In this document: piece by piece, positions 42,174 through 53,022 of the stretch
Layout of the letters: each line of letters opens with the position of its first letter
How positions within the stretch are numbered: the first letter of the stretch is position 1
Assembly (NCBI GenBank): GCA_963811105.1
Contig: CAWEPZ010000009.1
Span: 224,001 to 288,000, forward strand
Reading direction: 5' to 3'
Source of the DNA: Candidatus Bathyarchaeota archaeon
GTDB taxonomy: Archaea; Thermoproteota; Bathyarchaeia; Bathyarchaeales; Bathycorpusculaceae
Length of the DNA: 64,000 bases
Notes under the pieces: model-generated
Told to the model about the DNA's origin: nothing
Seen by the model: the letters and a program-made list of their open reading frames with translations, nothing else
Databases searched by the model: none
Position numbers and translations under genes: made by a program

Positions 42174-42863
42174 ATGACAACAATCGTAGAATCAATAGAC
42201 CTGAAAAAAACTTACATGCTTGGAAAAGTCCCTGTTGAGGCACTTCAAGGGGTAAACCTCAAAGTTGAAACTGGAGACTTCATTTCCATACTTGGACCGT
42301 CAGGAAGCGGCAAATCCACAATGCTAAACATGATCGGCGCATTAGACAAGCCAACTTCAGGAACAATGCTTATCGACGGCGTTGACATATCGAAACTCAA
42401 CGACAACCAACTAGCCGATTTGCGAAGGCGAATTGGATTTGTTTTCCAATTTTTTAATTTGATACCCAGATTAACTGCACGAGACAACGTTGAATTATCA
42501 ATGTCTATTGCAGATATAGGTAAGGTAGAAAGAAGAAAAAGAGCGGTAGAGCTTCTTGAAACTGTGGGCTTGAAGGACAGAGTTAACCATAAGCCTACTG
42601 AACTGAGCGGAGGACAGCAACAACGCGTTGCTGTTGCAAGAGCGTTAGCAAATAGCCCCAAGTTTTTGTTGCTTGATGAGCCTACTGGAAACATTGACTC
42701 TAGAACAGCAAGTGAAGTTATCGGGTTGATCAAGAAGTTGAATGTCGAAAAAAAAGTTAGTATTATTATGGTTACTCATGATCAACATCTGGCGCGGGAA
42801 GCGAGAAGAACAGTACAGATGTTTGATGGTCAAATTATTTCAGAAGTGGTGAATCAAGAATGA
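42174..42863 (+). CDS. ABC transporter ATP-binding protein (LolD/MacB-like)
   Basis: GPSGSGKST, GFVFQFFNL, LSGGQQQRVA. Confidence 0.95.
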   Translation: MTTIVESIDLKKTYMLGKVPVEALQGVNLKVETGDFISILGPSGSGKSTMLNMIGALDKPTSGTMLIDGVDISKLNDNQLADLRRRIGFVFQFFNLIPRLTARDNVELSMSIADIGKVERRKRAVELLETVGLKDRVNHKPTELSGGQQQRVAVARALANSPKFLLLDEPTGNIDSRTASEVIGLIKKLNVEKKVSIIMVTHDQHLAREARRTVQMFDGQIISEVVNQE

Positions 42864-44179
42864 AGGCAGTAGATATTTTCGGTTATTCCTTCAGCGCGAT
42901 TAAACTCCGCAAGCTCAGAGCAGCATTAACAACTCTAGGGGTAATAATAGGAATTGCCGCCATTGTAGCTTTGCTCTCGATTACTCAGGGCTTGCAGGCA
43001 ACAATCACTAATTCGCTTCAACAAGGACTATCAACCAACACGTTAGTTGTTACATCAGGCGCAAGCGCTTTAGGAGAAGCCACCAGCGGCGGAGGAGGCG
43101 TAGGTACACGTGGCGGAGGTGGCTTTGGCTTAGGCGGCTCCAGTTCAAGTGGATCCGGCTTCAACTTATACGTCAATTACACGGATCAAATCGATGCGCT
43201 GTCTCCAGAAATAGTATCCTCGTTTGCAGTTATACAAAGGACAGGTTATGTTGACACTGGAAGCGTTAACCGTTCGGTTACCATTTACGGTGTTGATTTC
43301 AACCAATATGCTCACCAATACAGCAAAACCTTCATAGCAGCATCTGGAACCATACCCTTGAGCCCTACTGAAAACCAAACAGTTGTAGGATCACGCGTAA
43401 CCGATCCCCGGCAAAACGGGACCATACTTTTCAATGCTGGCGATGAAATTGGAATCACATGGACCAACGCTACAACGCTCCCAGTAATAAACGAAACTTA
43501 CAATGCCCAAGTTTCAGGCGTCCTTCAAAAAGTCGGAGGCTTCGGCATTGGAGGACCATCAGATACAGGCGTGTACGTTCCCTTAAGTAAAGCAGAGAGC
43601 TTCTTTGGAACAGATCAATGCGACATGATAATCGTGCAAATCAAAAGCAGCGATAATGCCACAATCACAAACGTTTCCAAGGCTATAACTGATCACTTTG
43701 GCGGTCAAGTTTCCGTCATATCTTCCACAGCAGTTCTAAGTTTGCTTTCGACAGTGTTTAGCACAATCCAGTTGTTCCTTGGCGGCATAGCTGCTATTTC
43801 GCTCTTAGTGGCAGGCATTGGAATAATGAACATAATGATTGTCTCGTTGATTGAACGCACACGTGAAATTGGCATACTAAAAGCATTAGGAATGAAAAGT
43901 CGAACCGTCTTAACTATTTTCCTTGGCGAATCAGTCATCATAGGCTTAATCGGCGCTATTGTCGGGATAATTCTGGGCTGGTTACTCGCAAATGTTACTG
44001 CACGAGTGTTAGGTTCAGGTGTTTTCGGTGGAGGCGGATTTCAAATAACTCCTCTATTAACTCCGGAAGTTCTTGCGGGTGCACTAGCTTTCGGTGTTGG
44101 AATCAGCGTAATCTTTGCGCTTTACCCAGCTTGGCGCGCGTCGAAGCTAAAACCAGTAGATGCTTTAAGATACGAGTAA
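42860..44179 (+). CDS. MacB/FtsX-family ABC permease
   Basis: LTTLGVIIGI, ERTREIGILKALG, YPAWRASKLKPVDALRYE. Confidence 0.95.
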   Translation: MKAVDIFGYSFSAIKLRKLRAALTTLGVIIGIAAIVALLSITQGLQATITNSLQQGLSTNTLVVTSGASALGEATSGGGGVGTRGGGGFGLGGSSSSGSGFNLYVNYTDQIDALSPEIVSSFAVIQRTGYVDTGSVNRSVTIYGVDFNQYAHQYSKTFIAASGTIPLSPTENQTVVGSRVTDPRQNGTILFNAGDEIGITWTNATTLPVINETYNAQVSGVLQKVGGFGIGGPSDTGVYVPLSKAESFFGTDQCDMIIVQIKSSDNATITNVSKAITDHFGGQVSVISSTAVLSLLSTVFSTIQLFLGGIAAISLLVAGIGIMNIMIVSLIERTREIGILKALGMKSRTVLTIFLGESVIIGLIGAIVGIILGWLLANVTARVLGSGVFGGGGFQITPLLTPEVLAGALAFGVGISVIFALYPAWRASKLKPVDALRYE

Positions 44180-44207
44180 CATAAGTCATCTTCAGAGGTG
44201 TTCCCAA

Positions 44208-44654
44208 GTGAAACGATTGTACCCTGACCAACCAGTCGTAGGCGTCGGCGCCGTAATAGTTAACGAAGGCAAGGTGGTTCTGATTAAACGCGGAAATGAA
44301 CCAAGTAAAGGCAAATGGACCATTCCAGGCGGCTTAGTTGAACTCGCCGAAAGCCCAGAGCAAGCAGTAATCCGAGAAGGCAAAGAGGAAACTGGCTTAC
44401 ATGTTGAAAACCCAGTATTAATTGATGTTGTCAGCAATGTTGACTTGGATGAGCAGAGCAAAGTAAAATACCATTATGTCATCGTCGACTATTTAGTTCA
44501 TGTTACAGGCGGGATTGCCCAAGCTTCAAGCGACGCTATGGAAATGCGTTGGGTGCCCTTTGACGAAGTAGAAGGGTATGATTTGACAGCTTCTTTTCGC
44601 TTGTTTTTTAGACATAACAGGGAAAAACTGGAAAAAGCTAGCTCCTACTGCTGA
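44208..44654 (+). CDS. Nudix hydrolase
   Basis: PGGLVELAESPEQAVIREGKEETGL Nudix box. Confidence 0.93.
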   Translation: MKRLYPDQPVVGVGAVIVNEGKVVLIKRGNEPSKGKWTIPGGLVELAESPEQAVIREGKEETGLHVENPVLIDVVSNVDLDEQSKVKYHYVIVDYLVHVTGGIAQASSDAMEMRWVPFDEVEGYDLTASFRLFFRHNREKLEKASSYC

Positions 44655-44753
44655 TGAGGAAATCAAAAAGATACAACTTGTCTGTCAACAAACAACGTTG
44701 ACCAAAACGTTTTTTTAATGATAAATCAATCTGGGAAGCCAGGGATTGTAGAC

Positions 44754-45320
44754 GGTTAAGACAAAGTTAGCAATAATCCTAATCGCCGTCATTGCTTTAA
44801 TCGGGAACCGCTTGGCTGCTAATCAACCCACAAAATAAAGTAAACCCAATGGCCTTGATGCTTACTCCAACCCCAATCATTTTGCCAATCACCATACCTT
44901 CACCTTCCCAAACTCAAACCAGATCATCTATCGAAGAAAACCAAACGCCTAATATTAGAATTGAAGGGTTTAAATGGGTAAGCGTTTGGAGCCAATAGTC
45001 GGGGTTGAGGCAACTTGTTTTTTCAATGTTACAATTCGTAACTTTAGGCAACAACTACATTAACGGGATAGCATTAAGCGCAAGAATTCATTCAGGCGAT
45101 ACAGCCAGATGCAACATAGAGTGGAGTTTTTTGGTTTTGGGACAGGAAACACAGGGTCGTGCTCTTTAATCGAGTGCTTTATCCAGGAGAAACACACACG
45201 ATTAGAGGAGTATTATATTCGGACCGGAGCGTTATAGGCAAACCTGGGTCGATTGCAAATTCGACTATTTTTGAGGTAAAGCTGGGCAGAGACATCTTAG
45301 ATCAGATTACAATTCCATAA
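44754..45320 (+). pseudogene. degraded secreted-protein gene
   Basis: Signal-like KTKLAIILIAVIALIG, then fragments (FNVTIRN, EVKLGRDILDQITIP) broken by stops and frameshifts. Confidence 0.45.
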
Positions 45321-45346
45321 TAGTCCATTGGAAAGAAAATGAAAAA

Positions 45347-46807
45347 CTAGTTAGTGTCTTTGAAGAATAGACGTGTTTCTCCCAGTGTTTTAATGTCTAA
45401 CGCTCTGACGCGGGCAACTATGGGAAAGTCGCTTACAACTTTGCCAAGGGTGAGGCAATTGTGGGGTGGCAAGTCTCTGGCAATTGACCGGACAGTTTCT
45501 GCGTCTACTCGGGCGGCTCTGCTAACAACGTCTAGGTCGTGTTCGTTGGTGAAGTTGAAGAGGAAGATGTTGTCTGCTTGGCGATAGATAGTTTCTTGAA
45601 TTGTGTCAGGTTGGTTTGTGATAAACGTTGTGAATATTCCGTAGTGGCGCATGCGGGTTACAATGTCATCCCAGTAAGTTTCGCGTAGGTACAGGTGCGC
45701 TTCTTCAGCGAATAGGAAAACAGCTTTGAGTTTCCAGTTTGAGAGGGAATCCACTAATTTGCCAAGCACATATTCAACTACTATTTGACGGTCAATATTT
45801 GAGGTGTTTTTCAGGTTTATGATAATGGCACCTCCGCTTTCCTTTGCTTTCAAAATACTCTCATCCAGCAATGTGGCTTCGCCTGGGCAATCAGTGAAGA
45901 AACCCGAATTAGCAAAAGAGTGGAACCTTGAAGCTAACGCGTCACGGACATGTTGATTGCAGTTTAAGTCACGAATCGCTTCGCCTAAATTTTGCATGTT
46001 CAGCTTCCCTTGTTCTTTAAGCATCTTCCATAGTCGCCTAAATTCGCGCGCTGAAGTCCCAGGTAGATGAAGAGCGTTTACAAGTATACCCATTACTGTG
46101 TTTAGTGGCAGTTGCTCAAGCGCTACTCTAAAGTTCTGTGAGGGCACTAAGGTATGGATTTTATCGTAGTAGATGTTTCTTTTGCCGTCATTAGTCATGC
46201 CTAGGCTGCTGTATTCGCCGTTCAAGTCAAAGATAACCACAGTTGCTTTGTACCCCACAAGGTTTACCATGAGGAGTTTGGATAGGTGGGATTTGCCGCA
46301 GCCCTTCTTGCCAGTGATAATGTTTAAGGTACCATCTAAAGCAGAGGCGTCTATGGTTAAGAGTGAGGAGTCTTTGGTGCCTCCCAGCATAATAGGTAGT
46401 TTACCATCGATTTTTGCGAGCTTCATAAGCATGGGGATTGACAATCTTTTGATAGTAGACTGAGAGCGACTGGGAAGCCAACTACTGCTTGGACTCAACA
46501 TATCGTTTTCCAATGTAGCCCGTATCTTGCAAATCAGCAAACTCGCATCTTGAATATAGGTTATGTGGGGAGCAATTTCCATAGGATCAATATCTTCGCC
46601 TTGAAGAGATTCGCCGCCATCTGGCAAAGTACGCAAAAGCTCTTCAAGCACGCCTGGCACAGCGGCAAATTGCACATCGATAACCTGAGCGATCAAGGCT
46701 TTTGCGGCATCCTGGTCTTCAACGAACAAATAGTCGCCTTTTTCAGCGCTCTCTGTTGGGAAACTAATGATTTGTAGAATGTTACCTTCTTTTTTATAGA
46801 GTTTCAT
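45347..46807 (-). CDS. herA: HerA-family (FtsK/HerA) ATPase
   Basis: GKKGCGKS, FDLNGEY, FAEEAHLY, RMRHYG, TNQP. Confidence 0.88.
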   Translation of the reverse strand: MKLYKKEGNILQIISFPTESAEKGDYLFVEDQDAAKALIAQVIDVQFAAVPGVLEELLRTLPDGGESLQGEDIDPMEIAPHITYIQDASLLICKIRATLENDMLSPSSSWLPSRSQSTIKRLSIPMLMKLAKIDGKLPIMLGGTKDSSLLTIDASALDGTLNIITGKKGCGKSHLSKLLMVNLVGYKATVVIFDLNGEYSSLGMTNDGKRNIYYDKIHTLVPSQNFRVALEQLPLNTVMGILVNALHLPGTSAREFRRLWKMLKEQGKLNMQNLGEAIRDLNCNQHVRDALASRFHSFANSGFFTDCPGEATLLDESILKAKESGGAIIINLKNTSNIDRQIVVEYVLGKLVDSLSNWKLKAVFLFAEEAHLYLRETYWDDIVTRMRHYGIFTTFITNQPDTIQETIYRQADNIFLFNFTNEHDLDVVSRAARVDAETVRSIARDLPPHNCLTLGKVVSDFPIVARVRALDIKTLGETRLFFKDTN

Positions 46808-47883
46808 GAGTACAATTCCCCTTTGCCAAACGAGCCGAAAAGCAGCCTGTGCATGTCGGGTCGGTTGATCATTTGTATGCCATGCTTTCGCGTAATGAAG
46901 TGTTTTATAGCTATAACTTCGTTGGCAGTAAAGGTGCAGAGGATGTGTGAGAGCCGGAGGGTTTCGGGGTAGCTTTGCGTATAGAGGTCGTTACCAACTA
47001 GTTTCTGAACGGCCTCTATACGTTGTTCAGCGGCGGTTTCTTTGTCGATGTCTAATCGGAAGGCGAGGTTTGACTTGTTGAGTCGTGCAACATAAAGGTC
47101 GCCTAGCAGCGTTATTGGCGGTTTTGAATGTAAGCCTGTGGTTTCCAGCAGGTATGGCGGGTCAAGGTTTGGAAGTCTCTCGGTTATCAAAATGCCGTTA
47201 GATCTCAACATGGTAGCCTTAGAGAACGCAAAAATGATGTTGTTGTTTCTTCTTGCGAAGCTAAGGATTTCTCGGAGCCGTTGGGTCGGGGTGTCGATTG
47301 TTCCAGCGGTTAAGGAACCGTCGAAGAGGATAATGCCGTGGTTTACAGTTTTTGCAAGCATCGTTTGAAGCCACCGCTCCAATAAGCCTGCAATGCGCAT
47401 GGGCATCTGCATAATGTTTGGAGCAGATTGATGCATGCTTCCATAGGTTGTGCTGAAATAAGCGTGCTCAAGCGCGTTGTAAACCACGTTTTTGTTATCT
47501 TCGGTTAAGTGGAAGACGAAAGGTCCAAGGCGCGTGTATTTGTAGCTGTGGTTTTGGCGCCATGTGATTGCTCCACGAATGGCGACTATCATACCGGTGT
47601 CTGTTTCGCCGATTTTTATCGTCGATGTGTCTACAGCAGCAATTAAGGTTTCCTGGCGATCGGCTTTTATGGGGATCGGTTGGAGTTTAAACTGAAGATT
47701 TGAAGGATATAGGCTGTTTAAATTAAATTTTTGGAGGTTCTGGGTGTTGAACTGGAGAGGTTGATGCTGCGCTTGTTTAAGTGTGCTAAGGCTTTGTTCT
47801 AAAAAGCGCTGGGGTAGTGCGGTGTCCATTGTTGGTTGTGGAAAGTTATATTTGTTAGTAATTGTATATTGTTCAATCACCAT
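46804..47883 (-). CDS. nurA: NurA-family nuclease
   Basis: AAVDTS, LFDGSL, FSKAT, YPETLRLSH; overlaps the herA start. Confidence 0.82.
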   Translation of the reverse strand: MVIEQYTITNKYNFPQPTMDTALPQRFLEQSLSTLKQAQHQPLQFNTQNLQKFNLNSLYPSNLQFKLQPIPIKADRQETLIAAVDTSTIKIGETDTGMIVAIRGAITWRQNHSYKYTRLGPFVFHLTEDNKNVVYNALEHAYFSTTYGSMHQSAPNIMQMPMRIAGLLERWLQTMLAKTVNHGIILFDGSLTAGTIDTPTQRLREILSFARRNNNIIFAFSKATMLRSNGILITERLPNLDPPYLLETTGLHSKPPITLLGDLYVARLNKSNLAFRLDIDKETAAEQRIEAVQKLVGNDLYTQSYPETLRLSHILCTFTANEVIAIKHFITRKHGIQMINRPDMHRLLFGSFGKGELYS

Positions 47884-47973
47884 GATTCACCAATATTCAA
47901 TATCTTTATTGGTGAAATATTTAAGTATTGTGCATGAACATCTTGTACAATACAATATACAATAAGTGAGAAC

Positions 47974-48381
47974 TTGACAGAAAAACAGCAAAACCCCCCC
48001 ATACGCGTAAAAATGAAAGTCGGCGACATAGAATTCGAAATCGAAGCCCAACCTGACCAAATCCAGACCGCTGTAGACCGAATCCTCGCCACCGTCACCG
48101 AACGACTGAAAAACACAAACCTTGCCCAAGTCGCCGAACGCCCCTCGCCACCGCCCAGAGCAGAAACATGCAAAGGAGTAATCCAAAAGCTCTGGGAAGA
48201 AGATTGGTTTACCCAACCCAGAAGCTTGGACGATGTCCACACCGAGCTAGCGCGCAAAGGCTTCCACTATGACCGCACCGCAGTAGCTCATGCACTGGTC
48301 GATTTAGTTAAAGACAACATACTGACGCGAATTGGCAAACCCCGCCGTTATCAATACGCACAAAAAAGACCCCCAACTTAA
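47974..48381 (+). CDS. winged-helix hypothetical protein
   Basis: WFTQPRSLDDVHTEL...ALVDLVKDNILTRIGKPRRYQY. Confidence 0.7.
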   Translation: MTEKQQNPPIRVKMKVGDIEFEIEAQPDQIQTAVDRILATVTERLKNTNLAQVAERPSPPPRAETCKGVIQKLWEEDWFTQPRSLDDVHTELARKGFHYDRTAVAHALVDLVKDNILTRIGKPRRYQYAQKRPPT

Positions 48382-48473
48382 TACAATACAACCACTCTCA
48401 TCCACAGATCAGCAAAGTTTAAAGCATATATTGTTCATTCTATTGTAGTGAATTTTTTGGAATTCAATTGTAA

Positions 48474-48926
48474 GTGGAGGTGAAATTTTTGCCGGATATT
48501 GTTGATGCTGCAATTGCATCAGGTATGTCAAAACTTGTAGAAGCAGTAAAAGCAGCTGGACTCGTTGATACACTGAAAGGCCCAGGTCCATTCACGGTTT
48601 TTGCGCCCACAGATGAGGCCTTCAATAAAATACCCAAAGCTAACTGGGATATGTTACTCAAAGACCCAGTGAAACTTAAGGAAGTCTTGACTTTCCACGT
48701 TGTTGACGGAAAACTTATGGCTTCAGATTTAGCTCAGCACGAATACCTGCAGGCTCTTTCAGGAGGAGAATTAAAGATAGATGCTAAAACTTGGCATTTA
48801 CATAAAAATATGAAAGTTAATGGCGCAAACATCATCAAACCAGACCTAATCGTAGACAACGGAGTTTGCCATGCAATAGACAAAGTTCTAATGCCAAAAA
48901 TGGCAGGCATGGACGAAAAAATGTAG
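48474..48926 (+). CDS. fasciclin (FAS1) domain protein
   Basis: GPFTVFAPTDEAF, LTFHVV, NGVCHAIDKVL. Confidence 0.93.
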   Translation: MEVKFLPDIVDAAIASGMSKLVEAVKAAGLVDTLKGPGPFTVFAPTDEAFNKIPKANWDMLLKDPVKLKEVLTFHVVDGKLMASDLAQHEYLQALSGGELKIDAKTWHLHKNMKVNGANIIKPDLIVDNGVCHAIDKVLMPKMAGMDEKM

Positions 48927-48978
48927 ATATTGAACCTGTGATTTGCACAGGAACCAATTTTTTTTATGAAAAATGAAT

Positions 48979-50168
48979 AGACCTTAGGCGCAATTTCTAT
49001 TTTAATTACTAAAAGCCGTTAAAATAGACTTATTTTTTTAACGGAAAAGTGCAATTTTGGGATGGATTACTCTGGTAAGGATTCATCGGCATATTAACTT
49101 GAGATATCGCCCAGTGTTGGATGCGCTTATTTTTTCAGAAAAGCAACTGATCTTTGGTGAACAGTTTGCTCAACTACAAATGGCTTTCAAAGAAGCCTTT
49201 TCTATTCCGATCCATAACGGGACTGCAAGTACCTGAATTCGACTCGTTCTGCACCCAAGCAAATGCCAAATACAGAGATTACGAAGCAAAAAGGCTAGAT
49301 AGACCAAACAGAAAACACAAAGTAGGCGCCGGATACCCCTTCAAGCTGTCTCTACAAGACAGACTGCTTATGCTCATGGTCTACTACCGACTCTACATAA
49401 CCTCAACACTAACCGGAGTCCTCTTCGACCTGGACCAGAGCAACGTGCTCAAAGACATCCATAAACTTGAACCCCTCGTAAAAGAAATCCTGCCTCTGCC
49501 CCAAAAGCTGCATGACAAAGCCAAGCGACTGCAAAGCATAAAGGAAATAGAGGCGATGTTTCCAGAGTTCAAAGCTTTCACCGACGCCACGGAGCAGGAG
49601 ATTCCCAGGCCCAAGAACAGGAAAAAGCGCAGGACGCACTACAGCGGGAAAAGGAAGAGGCACACCGTGAAGACTCAGCTAACGGTTAACTCTAAAGGCC
49701 TCATAATCCATAAGTCCCGTCATGTTAGGGGCAGCACGCATGACTACGCTCTCTATAAGCATAGTCATCCTAAGTTGCCAGGCAATGTTCGGTCGGGTTT
49801 GGATTTGGGGTACCTTGGAATAAAAGATGATTATCCCAATCTTAATTGTGTGTTGCCCATTAAGAAGAAAAACCCTGGTCGCGGCAAGGTTGGCGTGAAG
49901 GCACAGGAGCTTTCAGTGGAGCAGAAAGCTTTCAATAAAGAACTTGCCAGCGAACGTGTGGTGGTTGAGCATACGAATTCGCGGGTGAAAAAGTTTCTGA
50001 TTTGGGGCGGTGAATTTAGGAATCGCTCGAAACGTTATGATGTTATGACCGATATCGTGTCCGGGCTGATAAACTTCCGAATACTAGGATCTTTAAATAT
50101 CTGAGAAAGCTTCAGGGGAAGACAGAAAGCAAGGGCAAATCCCCCAAGCAGAATAGCGCCTAAGGTCT
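48979..50168 (+). mobile_element. IS5-family (ISL2-group-like) insertion sequence
   Basis: TIRs AGACCTTAGGCGC / GCGCCTAAGGTCT flanked by AAT on both sides (or TA if the TIR starts one base inward). Confidence 0.9.
49154..50104 (+). CDS. transposase (HTH_Tnp_4 + DDE_Tnp_4 type)
   Basis: DATEQEIPRP, YSGKRKRHTVK, DLGYLG, RVVVEH. Confidence 0.93.
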   Translation: MVNSLLNYKWLSKKPFLFRSITGLQVPEFDSFCTQANAKYRDYEAKRLDRPNRKHKVGAGYPFKLSLQDRLLMLMVYYRLYITSTLTGVLFDLDQSNVLKDIHKLEPLVKEILPLPQKLHDKAKRLQSIKEIEAMFPEFKAFTDATEQEIPRPKNRKKRRTHYSGKRKRHTVKTQLTVNSKGLIIHKSRHVRGSTHDYALYKHSHPKLPGNVRSGLDLGYLGIKDDYPNLNCVLPIKKKNPGRGKVGVKAQELSVEQKAFNKELASERVVVEHTNSRVKKFLIWGGEFRNRSKRYDVMTDIVSGLINFRILGSLNI

Positions 50169-50385
50169 AATATAGTTATTTTGTGAAAGGGTTGGTTTAG
50201 CTTTGCTTTGTCCTGAATTTGTTACAATCTCAGTTGTTGGTGGTTTTTCTGCTAAGTTTCAAATGGTTGTTTTGGGTTGCTTTTTCTAAAATTAAGCTTA
50301 ACTGTTTGCAGGTCGAGTTTAAAAATGTTTTAGTTTGTTTAAAAAGTTTAAATTTGTTTAAGAAAGTTTGACGGAAGCAACATCA

Positions 50386-51633
50386 TTAAAATAGTGATTC
50401 GTAGATTTTGCTTGTTTCTTCCGCGACTTTTCGCCAGGTAAAATACTCCAACACTCTTCGCCTGCCGTTTTCTCCCCAATTCTTGGCTTTTTCAGGATTT
50501 CGCAGTGTTTCGTTTATTCCCCAAGCGATATCTGACGGGTCTTCGCCGTTAATGTGCACTCCACATTGGTCTGCCCCTCCATTTACGACCTGTTCTTTGA
50601 AACCTACAACACCTCTAGCTCCTACTACTATGGGTTTCTCCATAGCCATGGCTTCTAAACTTACTATGCCAAATGGTTCATAAATTGATGGAAAAACGCA
50701 GACGTCGGAAGCGGCATAATGGAGAATTCGTTCTTCTTCAGACACGAAGTCGAAGCGGTAAACGATTTTATCTTTAATGTTTAATCGTTCTGCTGTTTCT
50801 TGGATGTCACCTTGTTCTTCCCCTTTACCTAAAATCAATAGTTTAGTGTTCGGGTTTTCTTTTAGAACCGTTGGCATCGCCTGCAGTAGATTTCTGACGC
50901 CCTTCACCCATGCGAGTCTGCCGACAAAAAGCAGCAAGTTCCATCCTTCTGGAACATCGTATTTTCTTCTTATTTCATCCACATCGTGTTTTTGAACATT
51001 AACTGGGTTGTACATTTCTGGGTCAACACCATTCCAAACAACGCTGATTTTTGAGGGCGACCACCCATGTTTTACCAGATCATCTTGCATTGAGTAACTT
51101 ACAGTTATTATTTTGTCTGAGTTTTGAGCCATGGCTCTCTCTAAATGGGAAACTACTTCTGAGCCTCCTCCGCCACTCCTTCCCCATTCTGTGCTATGTG
51201 TGTGGAAAACTACTGGAATTTTGGTTTCGTTTTTGATTACTAATCCTGAGATGCTGCCTAACCAGTCGTGAACGCAGACGACATCAAAATTGTATTTTTC
51301 TTTTTTGATCAAGCCGTTGATGAATTTGGTAGCGCTAAGTATGTTATACATGAAGATATCGTTGAAGAGTTTGATGTTTGTACCCCATTTCTTAAGGTCA
51401 TCAACTACAAAAAAAGGCCAGATGTTGCTTGCGTCAGCAATCAGCGGTCGGTGAACTTCTACTCCTCGAAGTATTTCTCTGGTTTTTAAACCATTATTAT
51501 TCAATGTAAAAACCGAAACGTCATGTCCTATATCTACGAATTCATGAGTGATGTATTCCGCGTATGTGCCTAAGCCGCCTACGAGTTGAGGTGGATATTC
51601 ATAAACGAAAAATCCGATTCTCAAAAAACTCAC
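50386..51633 (-). CDS. GT4 glycosyltransferase (glycogen synthase-like)
   Basis: EYPPQLVGGLG, HDW, YEPFGIVSLEAMA. Confidence 0.92.
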   Translation of the reverse strand: MSFLRIGFFVYEYPPQLVGGLGTYAEYITHEFVDIGHDVSVFTLNNNGLKTREILRGVEVHRPLIADASNIWPFFVVDDLKKWGTNIKLFNDIFMYNILSATKFINGLIKKEKYNFDVVCVHDWLGSISGLVIKNETKIPVVFHTHSTEWGRSGGGGSEVVSHLERAMAQNSDKIITVSYSMQDDLVKHGWSPSKISVVWNGVDPEMYNPVNVQKHDVDEIRRKYDVPEGWNLLLFVGRLAWVKGVRNLLQAMPTVLKENPNTKLLILGKGEEQGDIQETAERLNIKDKIVYRFDFVSEEERILHYAASDVCVFPSIYEPFGIVSLEAMAMEKPIVVGARGVVGFKEQVVNGGADQCGVHINGEDPSDIAWGINETLRNPEKAKNWGENGRRRVLEYFTWRKVAEETSKIYESLF

Positions 51634-52470
51634 CTGAAACTTGTTAAAGTTATTACTTAATGCTATTTATACTTTCAAATAAAGTAAATCTGGTTAAAAA
51701 TCTCAAAATCTTTTATTGATTTATCCATCTTCTGGGTTTTAGGTTAGCATCGTAATAGCTTTAGCGCAACTTTTACATTTCTATTCTTGCCTATTCTTTT
51801 CGAAAATTATACTTCAAACGGGTCTTTGTCCCATCTTTGATGCAATCTATTTTTCTTCTTTCCTCATCGTTTCAATAGGACTGGAAGTACCTTCTTTATT
51901 TTCTAAAGAGTTGAGTTTTTCTGAGATGGTTTCCAGAATTTCTAGTATTTCAGTTTCTCTTTCTAAATTTCCTTCTTTTAGAAGACAATCAAGTCCATTT
52001 GATAAATTTTTATCTATTTCCCTTTATTCTCCTTTCCTAAGATGTTTTTAGAAAAGAATCACTAGAAATCTGTTACAGTTTTGTTTGCTTAAAGGAACAT
52101 AAAAATCTTTTACTATCGTTTCGATCGACCATTGATAACTATTTCCAAACTTAATGGCAATTTTTTTTGGATAACGGTGGAAAATGAGCTATTTGAATGA
52201 TTAAAATTGAATCGTATTCCAATTTTCCCAATATTACTTGGGCTGAAATAAGCGTCTTATTTATGTTTTACGCAAAACGAAAGTGACTGGAAGAGGCTAT
52301 TGAAAATGAAGGAACAAGATGAATACAACGATGTTTCTTTAAAATTAGAGAAATTGTGTAGTGAATGGAGCGTTTACAAGATACATTCAAAGAGGAAAGA
52401 ACCGCGACAAGTGGCACGTGATTTACTAAAACTGACCTAAAACAATTTTTATCCTCAGCCGGATAGGCTT

Positions 52471-53022
52471 TTGGGAGTAAATCATTTGAAGTCTGCACTA
52501 ATTGTTTATTGGTCAAGTACAGGAAATACTGAAAAAGTCGCTCAAGCCATTAAAGAAGGTATAGAGAATTCTGGGTTAAAGGTTGAGCTTAGAAAGCCTC
52601 AAGAAGCAGAAAGCATGGATTTTTTTGATTATGATTTAATTTGTGTTGGTTCACCCTCAATTGAATGGCAACCTGCTAAGCCAATGGTTGACTTATTGAA
52701 GGCCAAACTCAATATTTATCGCAATCAAGGCAAAATCAAGCCTTGCGCCCCTAAAGTTCAAGGCAAAAACGCTTTAGTTTTTTGCACATATTCAGGACCA
52801 CACACAGGCATTGATGAGGCAACGCCGGCGGGGAAAACAATGCGGCAGTATTTTGAGCATTTTGGCTTTAACATTGTTGGCGAATGGTACACGGTTGGTG
52901 AATTTCATGGAAGAGAAGATATGTGCATTCTGGGTAGACTTGGCGATATTAGGGGAAAGCCGACGATGGAGGATTTGGCTAAAATTAAAAAGGATGCCCA
53001 ACTATTAACAAAGAGTCTGTAG
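52471..53022 (+). CDS. flavodoxin-like protein
   Basis: YWSSTGNTEKVA, VGSP. Confidence 0.88.
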   Translation: MGVNHLKSALIVYWSSTGNTEKVAQAIKEGIENSGLKVELRKPQEAESMDFFDYDLICVGSPSIEWQPAKPMVDLLKAKLNIYRNQGKIKPCAPKVQGKNALVFCTYSGPHTGIDEATPAGKTMRQYFEHFGFNIVGEWYTVGEFHGREDMCILGRLGDIRGKPTMEDLAKIKKDAQLLTKSL

